The position numbers and the translations under genes were made by a program. A stretch of DNA of 64,000 nucleotides from Candidatus Latescibacterota bacterium (lineage in GTDB: Bacteria > Krumholzibacteriota > Krumholzibacteriia > G020349025), in the NCBI GenBank assembly GCA_020349025.1, contig CP070763.1, positions 1,158,753 to 1,222,752 on the forward strand, written 5' to 3'. The notes under the pieces are model-generated. The model searched no databases. It was not told where the DNA came from and worked only from the letters and a program-made list of their open reading frames with translations. This document shows, in pieces, positions 9,200 to 17,870 of this stretch. Within the stretch, counting starts at the first letter, position 1. Each line of letters begins with the position of its first letter.

Positions 9200-12073
9200 C
9201 TAGCGCGAAACGATCAGCTTGTGCGTTTCGACGCGCTGGCCTGCAGCGAAGCGGTAGAAGTACATGCCGGATGCGAGCCGCACGCCACGGTCGGTCCTGC
9301 CGTCGAAGGGCACGATGTGCGTGCCGGGAGCGAAGCGACGCGCCGCGAGATGCCGCACCGGACGACCGGTGACGTCGTAGATGACGATCTCGATCGGGGT
9401 CTCCCTGTCGAGCCGGAAGAAGATCTGCGTTTTCAAGCCGAACGGATTCGGTGACACCCAGGTTCGTTCGCCGCGGGCGATCGCACCCGCGAGAGCATCC
9501 GTCGGGTTCGGGTCGACGGTCACCGCATCTGTCGCCACGAGCGTGTCGTCACCGCACGCGTTCGCCGTGACCAGCGTCACGGTGTAGGTCCCCTCCGCGG
9601 TGTACGTGTGCGTGGGATTCTGCTCCGTCGACGAGTTGCCGTCGCCGAAGTCCCAGACCCATGCGGATGGATTGTTCGTGGATTCGTCCGTGAACACGAC
9701 CTCGAGGTCGGCAGCACCCGATGTCGGCGCGGCGCTGAACGCCGAGGTGGGGGAGGTCCCCACCGTGATCAGGGCCGGCGCCAGCATCGTATCGCTGCAG
9801 GCGCCGCTCGCTGCGACGAGCATCACGTCGTAGGTGCCGGGGCTGGCGTAATCGTGTGCCGGGTGCTGCTCCGTGGACGTCGCGCCGTCGCCGAAGTCCC
9901 ACGCCCACGTGTCGACGCCCGTCCCGGTCGAGAGATCGGTGAAGCTGACGCTCAGAGACGCGCATCCGGAATCGGGCGCTGCCGAGAATGCCGCGACGAT
10001 GTCGCAGGGCGCAGGCGAGGCCACGACGAGATCCGGCTGGATCAACGTGTCCGCCCCGCACGCGTTCGTTGCCACCAGCCGGACCGTGTAGGTCCCCGCC
10101 GTCGCATAGGTGTGCGTCGGGTTCTGCGCGAAGGAGGTGTTGCCGTCGCCAAAGTCCCACTCCCAGGTCGTCGGGCTCCCCAGGGTGGAATCCGTGAAGG
10201 CGACCAGAAGCGGCACCGGCCCCGTCGTCGGCGTGGCGCCGAAGGCCGCGCTCGGAGTGGTTTCGATGCTCACGAGCGCGGTCGACACCACGGTGTCGGC
10301 ACAGGCCGCGCTCGAGGCGATGAGCCTGACATCGTAGGTGCCCGGCGCGGCGTAGAAGTGCGTCGGGTTCTGCAGCGTCGACGTCGCGCCATCGCCGAAA
10401 TCCCACGCCCACGTGTCGATGCCGGTTCCCGACGACAGGTCGGTGAAGCCGACCGTCAACGTGTCGCAGCCCGATTGCGGCGAGGCCGAGAAGCCCGCGA
10501 CCACATCGCACGTCACACCGCACGCCGCTTCCAACGCCAACCGGGCGTTGGCGATGCCGGAGCCGAGATCCCGCGTGTCGGTGTAGGGCGTGGTGTTGTC
10601 CACGATGAGACTGAACTTTTCGGGTCCGGAGAGGCTCGGGTTGCACGACTCGAGGAGCGCGGCGATGCCGCAGATGTGCGGCGCCGACATCGAGGTGCCG
10701 CTCGACGCTGCGAGGTAATGGTGCGTGGGGTCGGGGTCGTCGGGGTTGCGATAGGTGCTGACGACCTCGGTGCCGGGCGCGGCAACGTCGGCGAACCCGT
10801 GGTTGGTGAAATCGGCGCCGACACCGAGCGTATCGGTGGCGGCCACGTTCATCACACCCGCCTTCCCGCCCAGATAGTCCGGGCTCGACGAGTCGCTGTT
10901 GCCGGCTGCGTGAACCACCATGACGTCACGCGCCAGCAGGGCGTCGACGGCCGCATCGATGCCACCCGAGTTGGACGATCCCCACGAGCAGTTGACCGCG
11001 GTGACGTTGACCCCGGCGTCGACCAGATCCGCGACGTAGTTCATCGCCTGCGCGGCCCAATCCATGCGCACGACCCCTGTGATCGTGAAGGGTTGGACCC
11101 GAGCATGGTAGCCAATGCGAAGCGGGAGGATCTTGACGCCGTTTCCGCTGCCGTTCGAGTTGCCGTCGCTGAATCCACCGGCAACTCCGGCACCGATGAG
11201 CGCATTGTTCGTGAGCGCGCCGACGGTCCCGGCGACGTGCGTGCCGTGTCCGTTGAAGTCGTCCGGGTCGTTGTCGATCTCGCCGCAATCGTCGTCGATA
11301 CAGGTGACCCCGGGGCCACCGGCCGACGAGACGAAGTCGTACCCGATCGTGTCGTCCACGAAGCCGTTCATGTCGTTGTCGGTCTGGTCGCCGGGGGTTT
11401 CGCCCGCATTGACCCAGACGTTGCTGCTGGTGACCGGGTTGTCCGGGCCCCAGATCCCGGCGCCGCCACCGCCGAGATCGATGTGGAAGTAGCGCACCCC
11501 GCTGTCGAGGATGGCGACGACGACATCGGTGCTGCCCGTTTCGATGTCCCACGCCAGGTCGGCATCGATCCCGAAGTCGTCCCAGAGATGCCACTGATCG
11601 AAGGGAAACTGCGGATTGGGCGAGTCCTGGAAGTAGGGGTCGTTCGGTGTTGCGCTCAGCGTATGGATCCCGATCTTTTCGACGCGCTCGACGTTGGGGT
11701 CGGAGGCGAACGCGGCAACCGCGGCCTCGAGGTCGGCATCCGCGGGCAGCTTCACTTTGTAGTGACCCGTCAGGTCCGGGTAGCCGGAGCCGGGCGCCTG
11801 CGCGCGTGCGGTCGGGAACTGCCTGTCGAGACGCTCGACGCCGTGCGCGCGCAGCAGCGCCTGGACGGAGGGGAGCGCCAGAGCGGGTGTGCTCGATCCG
11901 GGCTCGAGCGCCGCGCGGGCGCTGGCGCCAAAGACGACCACGAACTCGTCCTCGACCCATCCCAGGAACGCCGGCGCGGATTGCATCGGGACCCGGACTG
12001 CATACTGCGCAGCTGCGGGCGAAGCGAGCAAAAGCGGCAGGAGCAGCAAGGCTGCACAAGGACGGCTTGGCAT
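9200..12073 (-). CDS. Secreted S8 subtilase with four PKD domains and a C-terminal FlgD-Ig-like sorting domain
   Basis: Signal peptide; triad 'ILDSG', 'GHGTHVAG', 'GTSMSAPH'; four 'WDFGDG...NP.H.Y...GTY' units; tail 'SPNPF...IYDVTGRPVR...DGRTDRGVRLASGMYFYR'. Confidence 0.92.
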   Translation of the reverse strand: MPSRPCAALLLLPLLLASPAAAQYAVRVPMQSAPAFLGWVEDEFVVVFGASARAALEPGSSTPALALPSVQALLRAHGVERLDRQFPTARAQAPGSGYPDLTGHYKVKLPADADLEAAVAAFASDPNVERVEKIGIHTLSATPNDPYFQDSPNPQFPFDQWHLWDDFGIDADLAWDIETGSTDVVVAILDSGVRYFHIDLGGGGAGIWGPDNPVTSSNVWVNAGETPGDQTDNDMNGFVDDTIGYDFVSSAGGPGVTCIDDDCGEIDNDPDDFNGHGTHVAGTVGALTNNALIGAGVAGGFSDGNSNGSGNGVKILPLRIGYHARVQPFTITGVVRMDWAAQAMNYVADLVDAGVNVTAVNCSWGSSNSGGIDAAVDALLARDVMVVHAAGNSDSSSPDYLGGKAGVMNVAATDTLGVGADFTNHGFADVAAPGTEVVSTYRNPDDPDPTHHYLAASSGTSMSAPHICGIAALLESCNPSLSGPEKFSLIVDNTTPYTDTRDLGSGIANARLALEAACGVTCDVVAGFSASPQSGCDTLTVGFTDLSSGTGIDTWAWDFGDGATSTLQNPTHFYAAPGTYDVRLIASSAACADTVVSTALVSIETTPSAAFGATPTTGPVPLLVAFTDSTLGSPTTWEWDFGDGNTSFAQNPTHTYATAGTYTVRLVATNACGADTLIQPDLVVASPAPCDIVAAFSAAPDSGCASLSVSFTDLSTGTGVDTWAWDFGDGATSTEQHPAHDYASPGTYDVMLVAASGACSDTMLAPALITVGTSPTSAFSAAPTSGAADLEVVFTDESTNNPSAWVWDFGDGNSSTEQNPTHTYTAEGTYTVTLVTANACGDDTLVATDAVTVDPNPTDALAGAIARGERTWVSPNPFGLKTQIFFRLDRETPIEIVIYDVTGRPVRHLAARRFAPGTHIVPFDGRTDRGVRLASGMYFYRFAAGQRVETHKLIVSR
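9520..10515 (-). repeat. Four tandem PKD-domain repeats in A-B-A-B arrangement
   Basis: Repeats 1 and 3 share 'FTDLS.GTG.DTWAWDFGDGATST'; repeats 2 and 4 share 'W.WDFGDGN.S..QNPTHTY...GTYTV.LV..NACG.DTL'. Confidence 0.85.
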
Positions 12074-12154
12074 CGGTTCCCCCCGAAGGCCGCCACCTCG
12101 CGGGCGGCGTGAAGATGTGGCGTGCAGCACTCGAACGAAGCTGGTTCCAGGCGA

Positions 12155-12754
12155 TTATAACGCATCGTACGGTGCGAGCGGCGCGCTGCGTGAGGCGCGC
12201 TTGCGCAGGTAGAGAATGGCGATGAAATCGTACGACGCGTGCACCACGATCGGAATGAGCAGATTGTCGAAGAGCATGAAGAGCCCGCCGAGGTAGAGCC
12301 CCGTGACGGTGACGAGCACGACGTAGAGTGGCGTCACGGCGTGCGCCAGGCCGAAGATCAAGCTGGCGACGAGCAGAGCGACGGCGGGATCGAGGGCACG
12401 CGCCAACACGACCTGGATGACGCCGCGGAACAGAGCTTCCTCGCCGGCGCCGGCCAGACAAGACACGAACGCGATGTCGGTCCAGCGCGCATTGCCGAAG
12501 AGGATCTCGACCAGCTCCTCGACCTTGCGGCCGAGACGCTGGAAACCGCTCCAGCTGCTGTGGCTCACCCACACCAGGAGCAGGAGCATCGGCAGCGTGG
12601 CGGCAACCCCCAGAAGAAGCGAGTCGCGGTCGAAGCGCAGGGCCGCGAGGATCGGGGTGTCGAGGATCCAGCCGAGCCCGACCGCCACCACGAGGAGGGC
12701 CCCCTCGAGGAGAAGGGCCAGCCGCAACATGCGGGCGCGTGGAACCGGACTCAA
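12155..12754 (-). CDS. CPBP family intramembrane glutamic endopeptidase (CAAX protease/Abi-like)
   Basis: 'GEEALFRG', 'FGLAH', 'VVHASYD' motifs; TTG start preceded by GAGGAGG. Confidence 0.88.
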   Translation of the reverse strand: MSPVPRARMLRLALLLEGALLVVAVGLGWILDTPILAALRFDRDSLLLGVAATLPMLLLLVWVSHSSWSGFQRLGRKVEELVEILFGNARWTDIAFVSCLAGAGEEALFRGVIQVVLARALDPAVALLVASLIFGLAHAVTPLYVVLVTVTGLYLGGLFMLFDNLLIPIVVHASYDFIAILYLRKRASRSAPLAPYDAL

Positions 12755-12874
12755 ACGACGTCGCCTCCTCTGGGGGCAGGATCGCGCAGCCTGGTGAGTA
12801 CAGTCCAGCACCGGCGTGGCCCCGGGAATGGCGGAGGCGCCCCGGCGGTTACGATGGCAGCGAAAGGGGTCCCC

Positions 12875-13894
12875 ATGCGCGCTCCGCTCACGCCCACCGC
12901 GGCGCTGCTCCTGCTCGCCGGCGCGAGCCTCGCCGCCCGCGCCGAAGACACGCCACGCGGGGTGCAGCAGCTCCTCCCGCGCAACGCCATCGCCTCCATC
13001 GACGATCCGGTGTTCGTACCCGCAGCCGAGGCCAGCATGCCGGACGACGCGTGGATCCTGGGGGTCGTCGTCGGCGACGAGGCGCACGCCTACAGCTTGA
13101 ACCTGCTCAACCGTCACGAGATCGTGAACGACGAGGCGGACGGCAGAGCATTTGCCGCAGTCTGGTGACCTCTGGCCAATACGGCCGTCGTGTACGACCG
13201 CGAGTACAACGGGCAGAGGCTGGAGTTCGAGACCTCGGGCGCACTGTTGAACGCTTCGCTCGTGATGCGTGACCGTCAGACCGACAGCTGGTGGTCGATC
13301 ATGACGGGCGACGCCATCGGCGGCCACATGCAGGGGGAAGCCCTCAAAGAGATGCCGGTCGGCGAGAAGACGACCTTCGGCGAGTGGAAGAAGCAGCATC
13401 CGAACACCTTGGTGCTCTCCGTCGGGGGCCGCGAGCACGACGACCAGGATGCCTACGCCGGCTATTGGGAGTCGGAGCGCACCTTCCGCGGCATGGAGAT
13501 CAGCGACCACAGGATGAAGCCGAAGCAGTCGGTCTACTCGTTCCAGCACGAGAGCGTCGCCTACGCTGCCGCACACGACGACTTCGAGTCCGGGGCGCTC
13601 TTCGCGCTGAAGGGTGAGGAGACGAGACGTGTCGTCCTGTATCGCGAAGCGGGTGCCAGCTTGCATGCTTCGTCGCGTGCGCTCCTCGTTCCCGAGGAGC
13701 TCGTGGCCAAGCAGGACGGTCGAATCTGGTTCCGGAGCGCTGCCTCCCAAGAGTGGGATACGGCGCGTGCGGTCCAGGGCTGGGACGATTTCGATGCTCT
13801 GGCCGGCATCGCCGGTGTGGAGGCGCTCTCCGGCTTCGATACCTTCTGGTACAACTGGGTCAGTGTGCATCCGAACACCGTCATCCTCGACTGA
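12875..13894 (+). CDS. DUF3179 family protein, probable selenoprotein (in-frame UGA at 13166-13168)
   Basis: Track ORFs 12239..13168 and 13190..13894 are in the same frame, joined by W-UGA-P-L-A-N-T-A-V-V-Y-D-R, matching the family's 'xCPLCxxxxxFDR'. Other motifs: 'AIASIDDPVF', 'HEIVND', 'MRDRQTDSWWS..TGDAIGG', 'TTFGEWKKQHPNTLVL', 'FWYNW..HP.T'. Confidence 0.82.
13169..13203 (+). promoter_or_regulatory. Candidate bacterial SECIS hairpin
   Basis: GTCG-TGTA-CGAC stem-loop (13187-13198); the loop starts 22 nt after UGA and has G as its second base. Confidence 0.55.
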
Positions 13895-13974
13895 GCGTCG
13901 CTCCCGGCGCCTGCGAGGATCCGATGTGGGGTGCTTGAATCGTCCGTGCCACCCCGCTACAGTGCGGTGATCCG

Positions 13975-15069
13975 ATGCGTCCACCGATTCGCAGATGTCT
14001 CGCGGTGCTGGTCGCCGCGTGCCTTCTCGGCCTCGCGGCACGGGACTCCGACGCGGCCACGCTCGTCGTGCTCAACAAGGCGGAGGCGAGCGCTTCGCTC
14101 ATCGACATCGCTTCCGGCGTGGAGGTCGCGCGCGTCGCCACCGGCGACGGGCCGCACGAGGTCGCCGTCTCCCCGGACGGGCGCACGGCGGTCGTCGGCA
14201 ACTACGGCGTCCGCGGCGCCCCGGGGAACAGCCTCACCGTGATCGACGTACGCTCGGCGCGCGTGCTGCGGACGATCGACCTCGGCGACTACACGCGCCC
14301 CCACGGCATCGTCTATCTCGCGGACGGTGCGCGCGTGGTCGTGACCGCCGAGGGGAAGCAAGCTCTCCTCGTCGTGGATGTCGCCACCGGCAAGATCCTC
14401 TCCGCAATCGAAACCGGACAGCAGATCTCGCACATGGTGGCCGTGACCCCGGACGAGAAGCGCGCCTTCGTCGCCAACATCGGGTCGGGCTCGATGACGG
14501 CCATCGACCTGGAGACCAGCAAGCGGCTCGCCAACATCGAGACCGGTGATGGTGCCGAGGGGATCGACGTGACCCCGGACGGCAAGCAGGTGTGGGTGAC
14601 GAACCGGGGCGCCGATACGGTGAGCATCCTGGACACGCAATCGCTCGAGGTCGTGGCGACCGTGCCGAGCGCATCCTTTCCGATTCGCGCGCGCGCCACC
14701 CCGGATGGGCGCTTCATGCTGGTCACGAACGCGCGTTCGGGCGAGCTTGCCGTCTTCGACACCGCGACGCACACCGAGCACCGCCGCATCAAGATGGCGC
14801 TGCAAGCATCCGAAACGGAGGGGCGCCTCTTCGGTGACTCCTTCGACGACAGCCCGGTCCCGATCGGCGTCCTCGTGCAACCCGATGGCAAGCGCGCCTA
14901 CGTGGCGCACGCCAACGCCGACGTCGTCTCGGTGGTCGACCTCGGCACGTGGAGAATCGTCGCAGGCCTGCGCGGCGGCAAGGAGCCGGACGGCCTCGGC
15001 TTCTCCAAACAGGACGTCGACCCGCAGGCGCGCGTCTCGCGGCCCAAGTCTTCGGAGAGCTCTCCATGA
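13975..15069 (+). CDS. Secreted YVTN/YncE-type beta-propeller protein
   Basis: Signal peptide and repeated 'G..PH.V.VSPDG...V.N......VID' units. Confidence 0.85.
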   Translation: MRPPIRRCLAVLVAACLLGLAARDSDAATLVVLNKAEASASLIDIASGVEVARVATGDGPHEVAVSPDGRTAVVGNYGVRGAPGNSLTVIDVRSARVLRTIDLGDYTRPHGIVYLADGARVVVTAEGKQALLVVDVATGKILSAIETGQQISHMVAVTPDEKRAFVANIGSGSMTAIDLETSKRLANIETGDGAEGIDVTPDGKQVWVTNRGADTVSILDTQSLEVVATVPSASFPIRARATPDGRFMLVTNARSGELAVFDTATHTEHRRIKMALQASETEGRLFGDSFDDSPVPIGVLVQPDGKRAYVAHANADVVSVVDLGTWRIVAGLRGGKEPDGLGFSKQDVDPQARVSRPKSSESSP

Positions 15070-16415
15070 GCCTGCACAAGCTGTTCGCCGACCACATCGC
15101 CACGGTTTCCTCACATGCCGAGAAGACTCTTGCACACGCAGCCGAGCTCGAGGCTTCCTACGACGGCATCGTCTTCCATGCCGGAAAGCAGGACTACTAT
15201 CACGCCGACGACCGTGCCGTCGACTTCCGACCTGCAGCGCACTTCGCACGCTTCGCACCGATCCAGGGGCCGGAGCACTTGCTGCTCTACCGTCCGCAGG
15301 CGACGCCGCGCCTCTTCCAGGTGGCGCCCGCCGACTTCTGGTACGAGCCGCCCGTGGAGCCGGAGCATCCTTACGGCGAAGTTCTCGATGTCGTGCGCGT
15401 GGCGTCGCGCGACGAGGCCGCGAAGCAGATGGGGGATCTCTCCAGGTGCGCCTACGTGGGCAACGCACCACGCGCCGCGGCAGCGCTCGGCGTGCCGCTG
15501 CCGCACATCGAGCCGAAGACGCTGATGGCGGCTCTCGATTGGTACCGCGGCTTCAAGACCGCGTACGAAGTCCACTGCATCCGTGAAGCCAACGAGCAGT
15601 CGGCGCGCGGTCATCAGGTGGTGCGCCAGGGGTTCGGGGAGCTGCTGTCGGAGAGACGCCTGCACGCCGGGTACCTCGACGCCACCGGCTTGCTCGAGTA
15701 CGAGACGCCGTACACGAACATCATCGCGTGGGATGCGCAGGCGGCGACGCTGCACTACCAGAGCAAACGTGTCCACACGCCCGACCCGGGCGCCGTGCTG
15801 CTGATCGATGCGGGCGGCGTCGTGCACGGCTATGCGAGCGACATCACGCGCACGTATGCCAACGACCGTGCACCCACTGTCTTCCATGACGCGCTCGACC
15901 GCATGGAGGAGATGCAGCAGGAGCTGGTGCGCAGCATTGCGCCGGGACGCTCCTACGTGGAGCTGCAGACGGATACGCACCGGGGCATCGCCGCGATCCT
16001 CTGCGATCTCGGCATTCTCGAGACCGATCCCGACGCCGCCATGACGCGCCAGCTGACGCTCCCCTTCATGCCCCACGGCGTGGGACACCACCTCGGCCTG
16101 CAGGTGCATGACGTGGGCGGGCGCCAGACCAACCCGCAGGGTGAGCAGTCGAGCCCGCCACCCGAGCACCCCTTCCTGCGCACGACGCGCGAGCTGGATA
16201 CGGGGCATGTCGTCACCGTGGAGCCGGGGTTGTACTTCATCCCGATGCTGCTCGAGCCGCACCGCTCCGGCGCGGAGGCGAACGCGTTCAATTGGACGCT
16301 CATCGACGAGCTCATCCCCTTCGGCGGCATTCGCATCGAGGATGACGTCCTCGTCACCTCGGATGGCTTCGAGAACCTCACGCGCCCCTTCTGTCCGGGA
16401 CATCGCGACACCTGA
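15066..16415 (+). CDS. pepQ: Xaa-Pro dipeptidase (prolidase, M24B)
   Basis: 'LLIDAG', 'YASDITRT', 'PHGVGHHLGLQVHDVG', 'TVEPGLYF', 'GGIRIEDD'; ATGA overlap with the upstream gene. Confidence 0.9.
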   Translation: MSLHKLFADHIATVSSHAEKTLAHAAELEASYDGIVFHAGKQDYYHADDRAVDFRPAAHFARFAPIQGPEHLLLYRPQATPRLFQVAPADFWYEPPVEPEHPYGEVLDVVRVASRDEAAKQMGDLSRCAYVGNAPRAAAALGVPLPHIEPKTLMAALDWYRGFKTAYEVHCIREANEQSARGHQVVRQGFGELLSERRLHAGYLDATGLLEYETPYTNIIAWDAQAATLHYQSKRVHTPDPGAVLLIDAGGVVHGYASDITRTYANDRAPTVFHDALDRMEEMQQELVRSIAPGRSYVELQTDTHRGIAAILCDLGILETDPDAAMTRQLTLPFMPHGVGHHLGLQVHDVGGRQTNPQGEQSSPPPEHPFLRTTRELDTGHVVTVEPGLYFIPMLLEPHRSGAEANAFNWTLIDELIPFGGIRIEDDVLVTSDGFENLTRPFCPGHRDT

Positions 16416-16429
16416 CGAGGACGTGAGCC

Positions 16430-17833
16430 TTGATCGCGATGCTCGCAGTTCTCTCGGCCATCCTCCCATGTCTTCTCGTTCTGCGCTGGTACGTGAGCAT
16501 CGACAAGTACGCCGAACCACCGAAGGTTCTGCTGGTCTCCTTCCTTCTCGGGGTGCTCGCGGGTCCGATCGTCGTCGTCGTCGCCACGATCCTCCCCATC
16601 CACTCGCTGGCGACGGCGGCCCAGCATCCGATCGCACATGGGCTGGCCGTCGCGTTCCTGGGCGCCGCGCTGCCGGAGGAGCTCGTCAAGTGGCTGATGC
16701 TGCGACGCTACTGCGTACGACATGTCGCTTTCGACGAGCCGATGGACGGGATCGTGTATGGGGCGACCGTGTCGCTCGGCTTCGCCACGATCGAGAACGT
16801 CGGCTACGTGGTGGGGTCGGAAGGGTGGTTCAGCGTCGCCGTGGCGCGAGCTTTCCTGGCGGTGCCGTCGCATGCGGCGACCGGCGCGATCATGGGGTAC
16901 TTCCTGGCGCGTCATCACTTCTCGCCCCTTCGGCCGCGCCGTCTTCTCCTGCTTTCGCTCCTCGTGCCGGTGTTGCTGCACGGCTTCTACGACGTACCGC
17001 TCCTGGCCGCAGATCATGCCTACGAGCAGGGGCTCGACGGGACGATCTACGAGTGGGGGATCGCGCTGACGCTTGCCATCGTGCTGTTCGAGGTCCTCTG
17101 GGCCCGTAGGCTGGCGAAGTCTCTGCGCCGGCAGCAGGAGTGGCGGCTGCTGCAGCACGGGTTCGCGAGCGAGATTCCGGCCGTGCCCGCACTCCCCGCG
17201 GTCGACGCCCGGCAGAACGACCTCCTGCGGATTGCCTGGTGTCCGGCGTACACCGATTCCGCCGAGAGTGTGGAGACGGAATCGACGCGGCGGGTGCGTG
17301 ACACGCTCCGCGCCAGCTTCGAGGCAACCGGCGCCGTTCGGGCCTTTCGCACCTCCGAGTTCGCGACGGTGTACTCCTATGTCGGTGTTCCGCGCGCCGA
17401 GCAACTCGACACACTCCTGCGGCAGAACCTGAACGCAGAGCAGATGCAGTCCCACGACATTCGCATGCACATCATTCGACCCGCGCGCCTGAACCTCACG
17501 ATCGTGTTTGCGAGCCCAACACGACTCCCCTTCGTCGAGCACGCGCGGGTTCAGCTGCGCGACCTGCTTGCATGGGACTTCGTCGATCCGTCGGCGCGCG
17601 ATCGGCTGCTGCCGCCCTTCACGGGCACGACCGAAATGCTGATGTCGGCACTCCTCGAGCGCTCCGACCTCGACGCGCAGTCGCGCCGACGACTCGTGAG
17701 GGCGTTGCCAGCGGCCGCTCGCTGGACGTTCGCTCTCTACGTCGCCGACGAGATTCCTCCCGCACTCTCGCGCAAGACCATCCTGGAGCCGGAGGACGCC
17801 GTGCTCCCCCCACAGGCCAGCGTGCTAGAATGA
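16430..17833 (+). CDS. PrsW family intramembrane metalloprotease with an unknown C-terminal soluble domain
   Basis: 'ALPEELVK', 'FDEPMDGIVYG..VSLGFATIEN', 'VPSHA', 'LLHGFYD'; about 220 aa unassigned C-terminal extension. Confidence 0.85.
   Translation: MIAMLAVLSAILPCLLVLRWYVSIDKYAEPPKVLLVSFLLGVLAGPIVVVVATILPIHSLATAAQHPIAHGLAVAFLGAALPEELVKWLMLRRYCVRHVAFDEPMDGIVYGATVSLGFATIENVGYVVGSEGWFSVAVARAFLAVPSHAATGAIMGYFLARHHFSPLRPRRLLLLSLLVPVLLHGFYDVPLLAADHAYEQGLDGTIYEWGIALTLAIVLFEVLWARRLAKSLRRQQEWRLLQHGFASEIPAVPALPAVDARQNDLLRIAWCPAYTDSAESVETESTRRVRDTLRASFEATGAVRAFRTSEFATVYSYVGVPRAEQLDTLLRQNLNAEQMQSHDIRMHIIRPARLNLTIVFASPTRLPFVEHARVQLRDLLAWDFVDPSARDRLLPPFTGTTEMLMSALLERSDLDAQSRRRLVRALPAAARWTFALYVADEIPPALSRKTILEPEDAVLPPQASVLE
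17823..17831 (+). promoter_or_regulatory. Extended -10 element (TGCTAGAAT) upstream of the SBBP-repeat gene
   Basis: Near-consensus TGnTAGAAT about 40 nt before ATG 17871, overlapping the end of the prsW-like gene. Confidence 0.5.
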
Positions 17834-17870
17834 CGCGCATTCAGGAAGAACAAGCGAGAGGAGCGGGAAA

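Noticed and set aside
5471-9454. Very long antisense ORFs (e.g. 5471..9454 +, 9608..12112 +, 22744..26151 +, 32611..36027 -, 43344..46094 +)
   Set aside because: They are shadow frames opposite well-supported genes, expected from high-GC codon bias, and carry no recognisable motifs.
12755-14041. 628-aa ORF 12155..14041 as an extended CPBP protein
   Set aside because: The upstream part is antisense to the DUF3179 gene; a GAGGAGG SD supports the TTG start at 12754.
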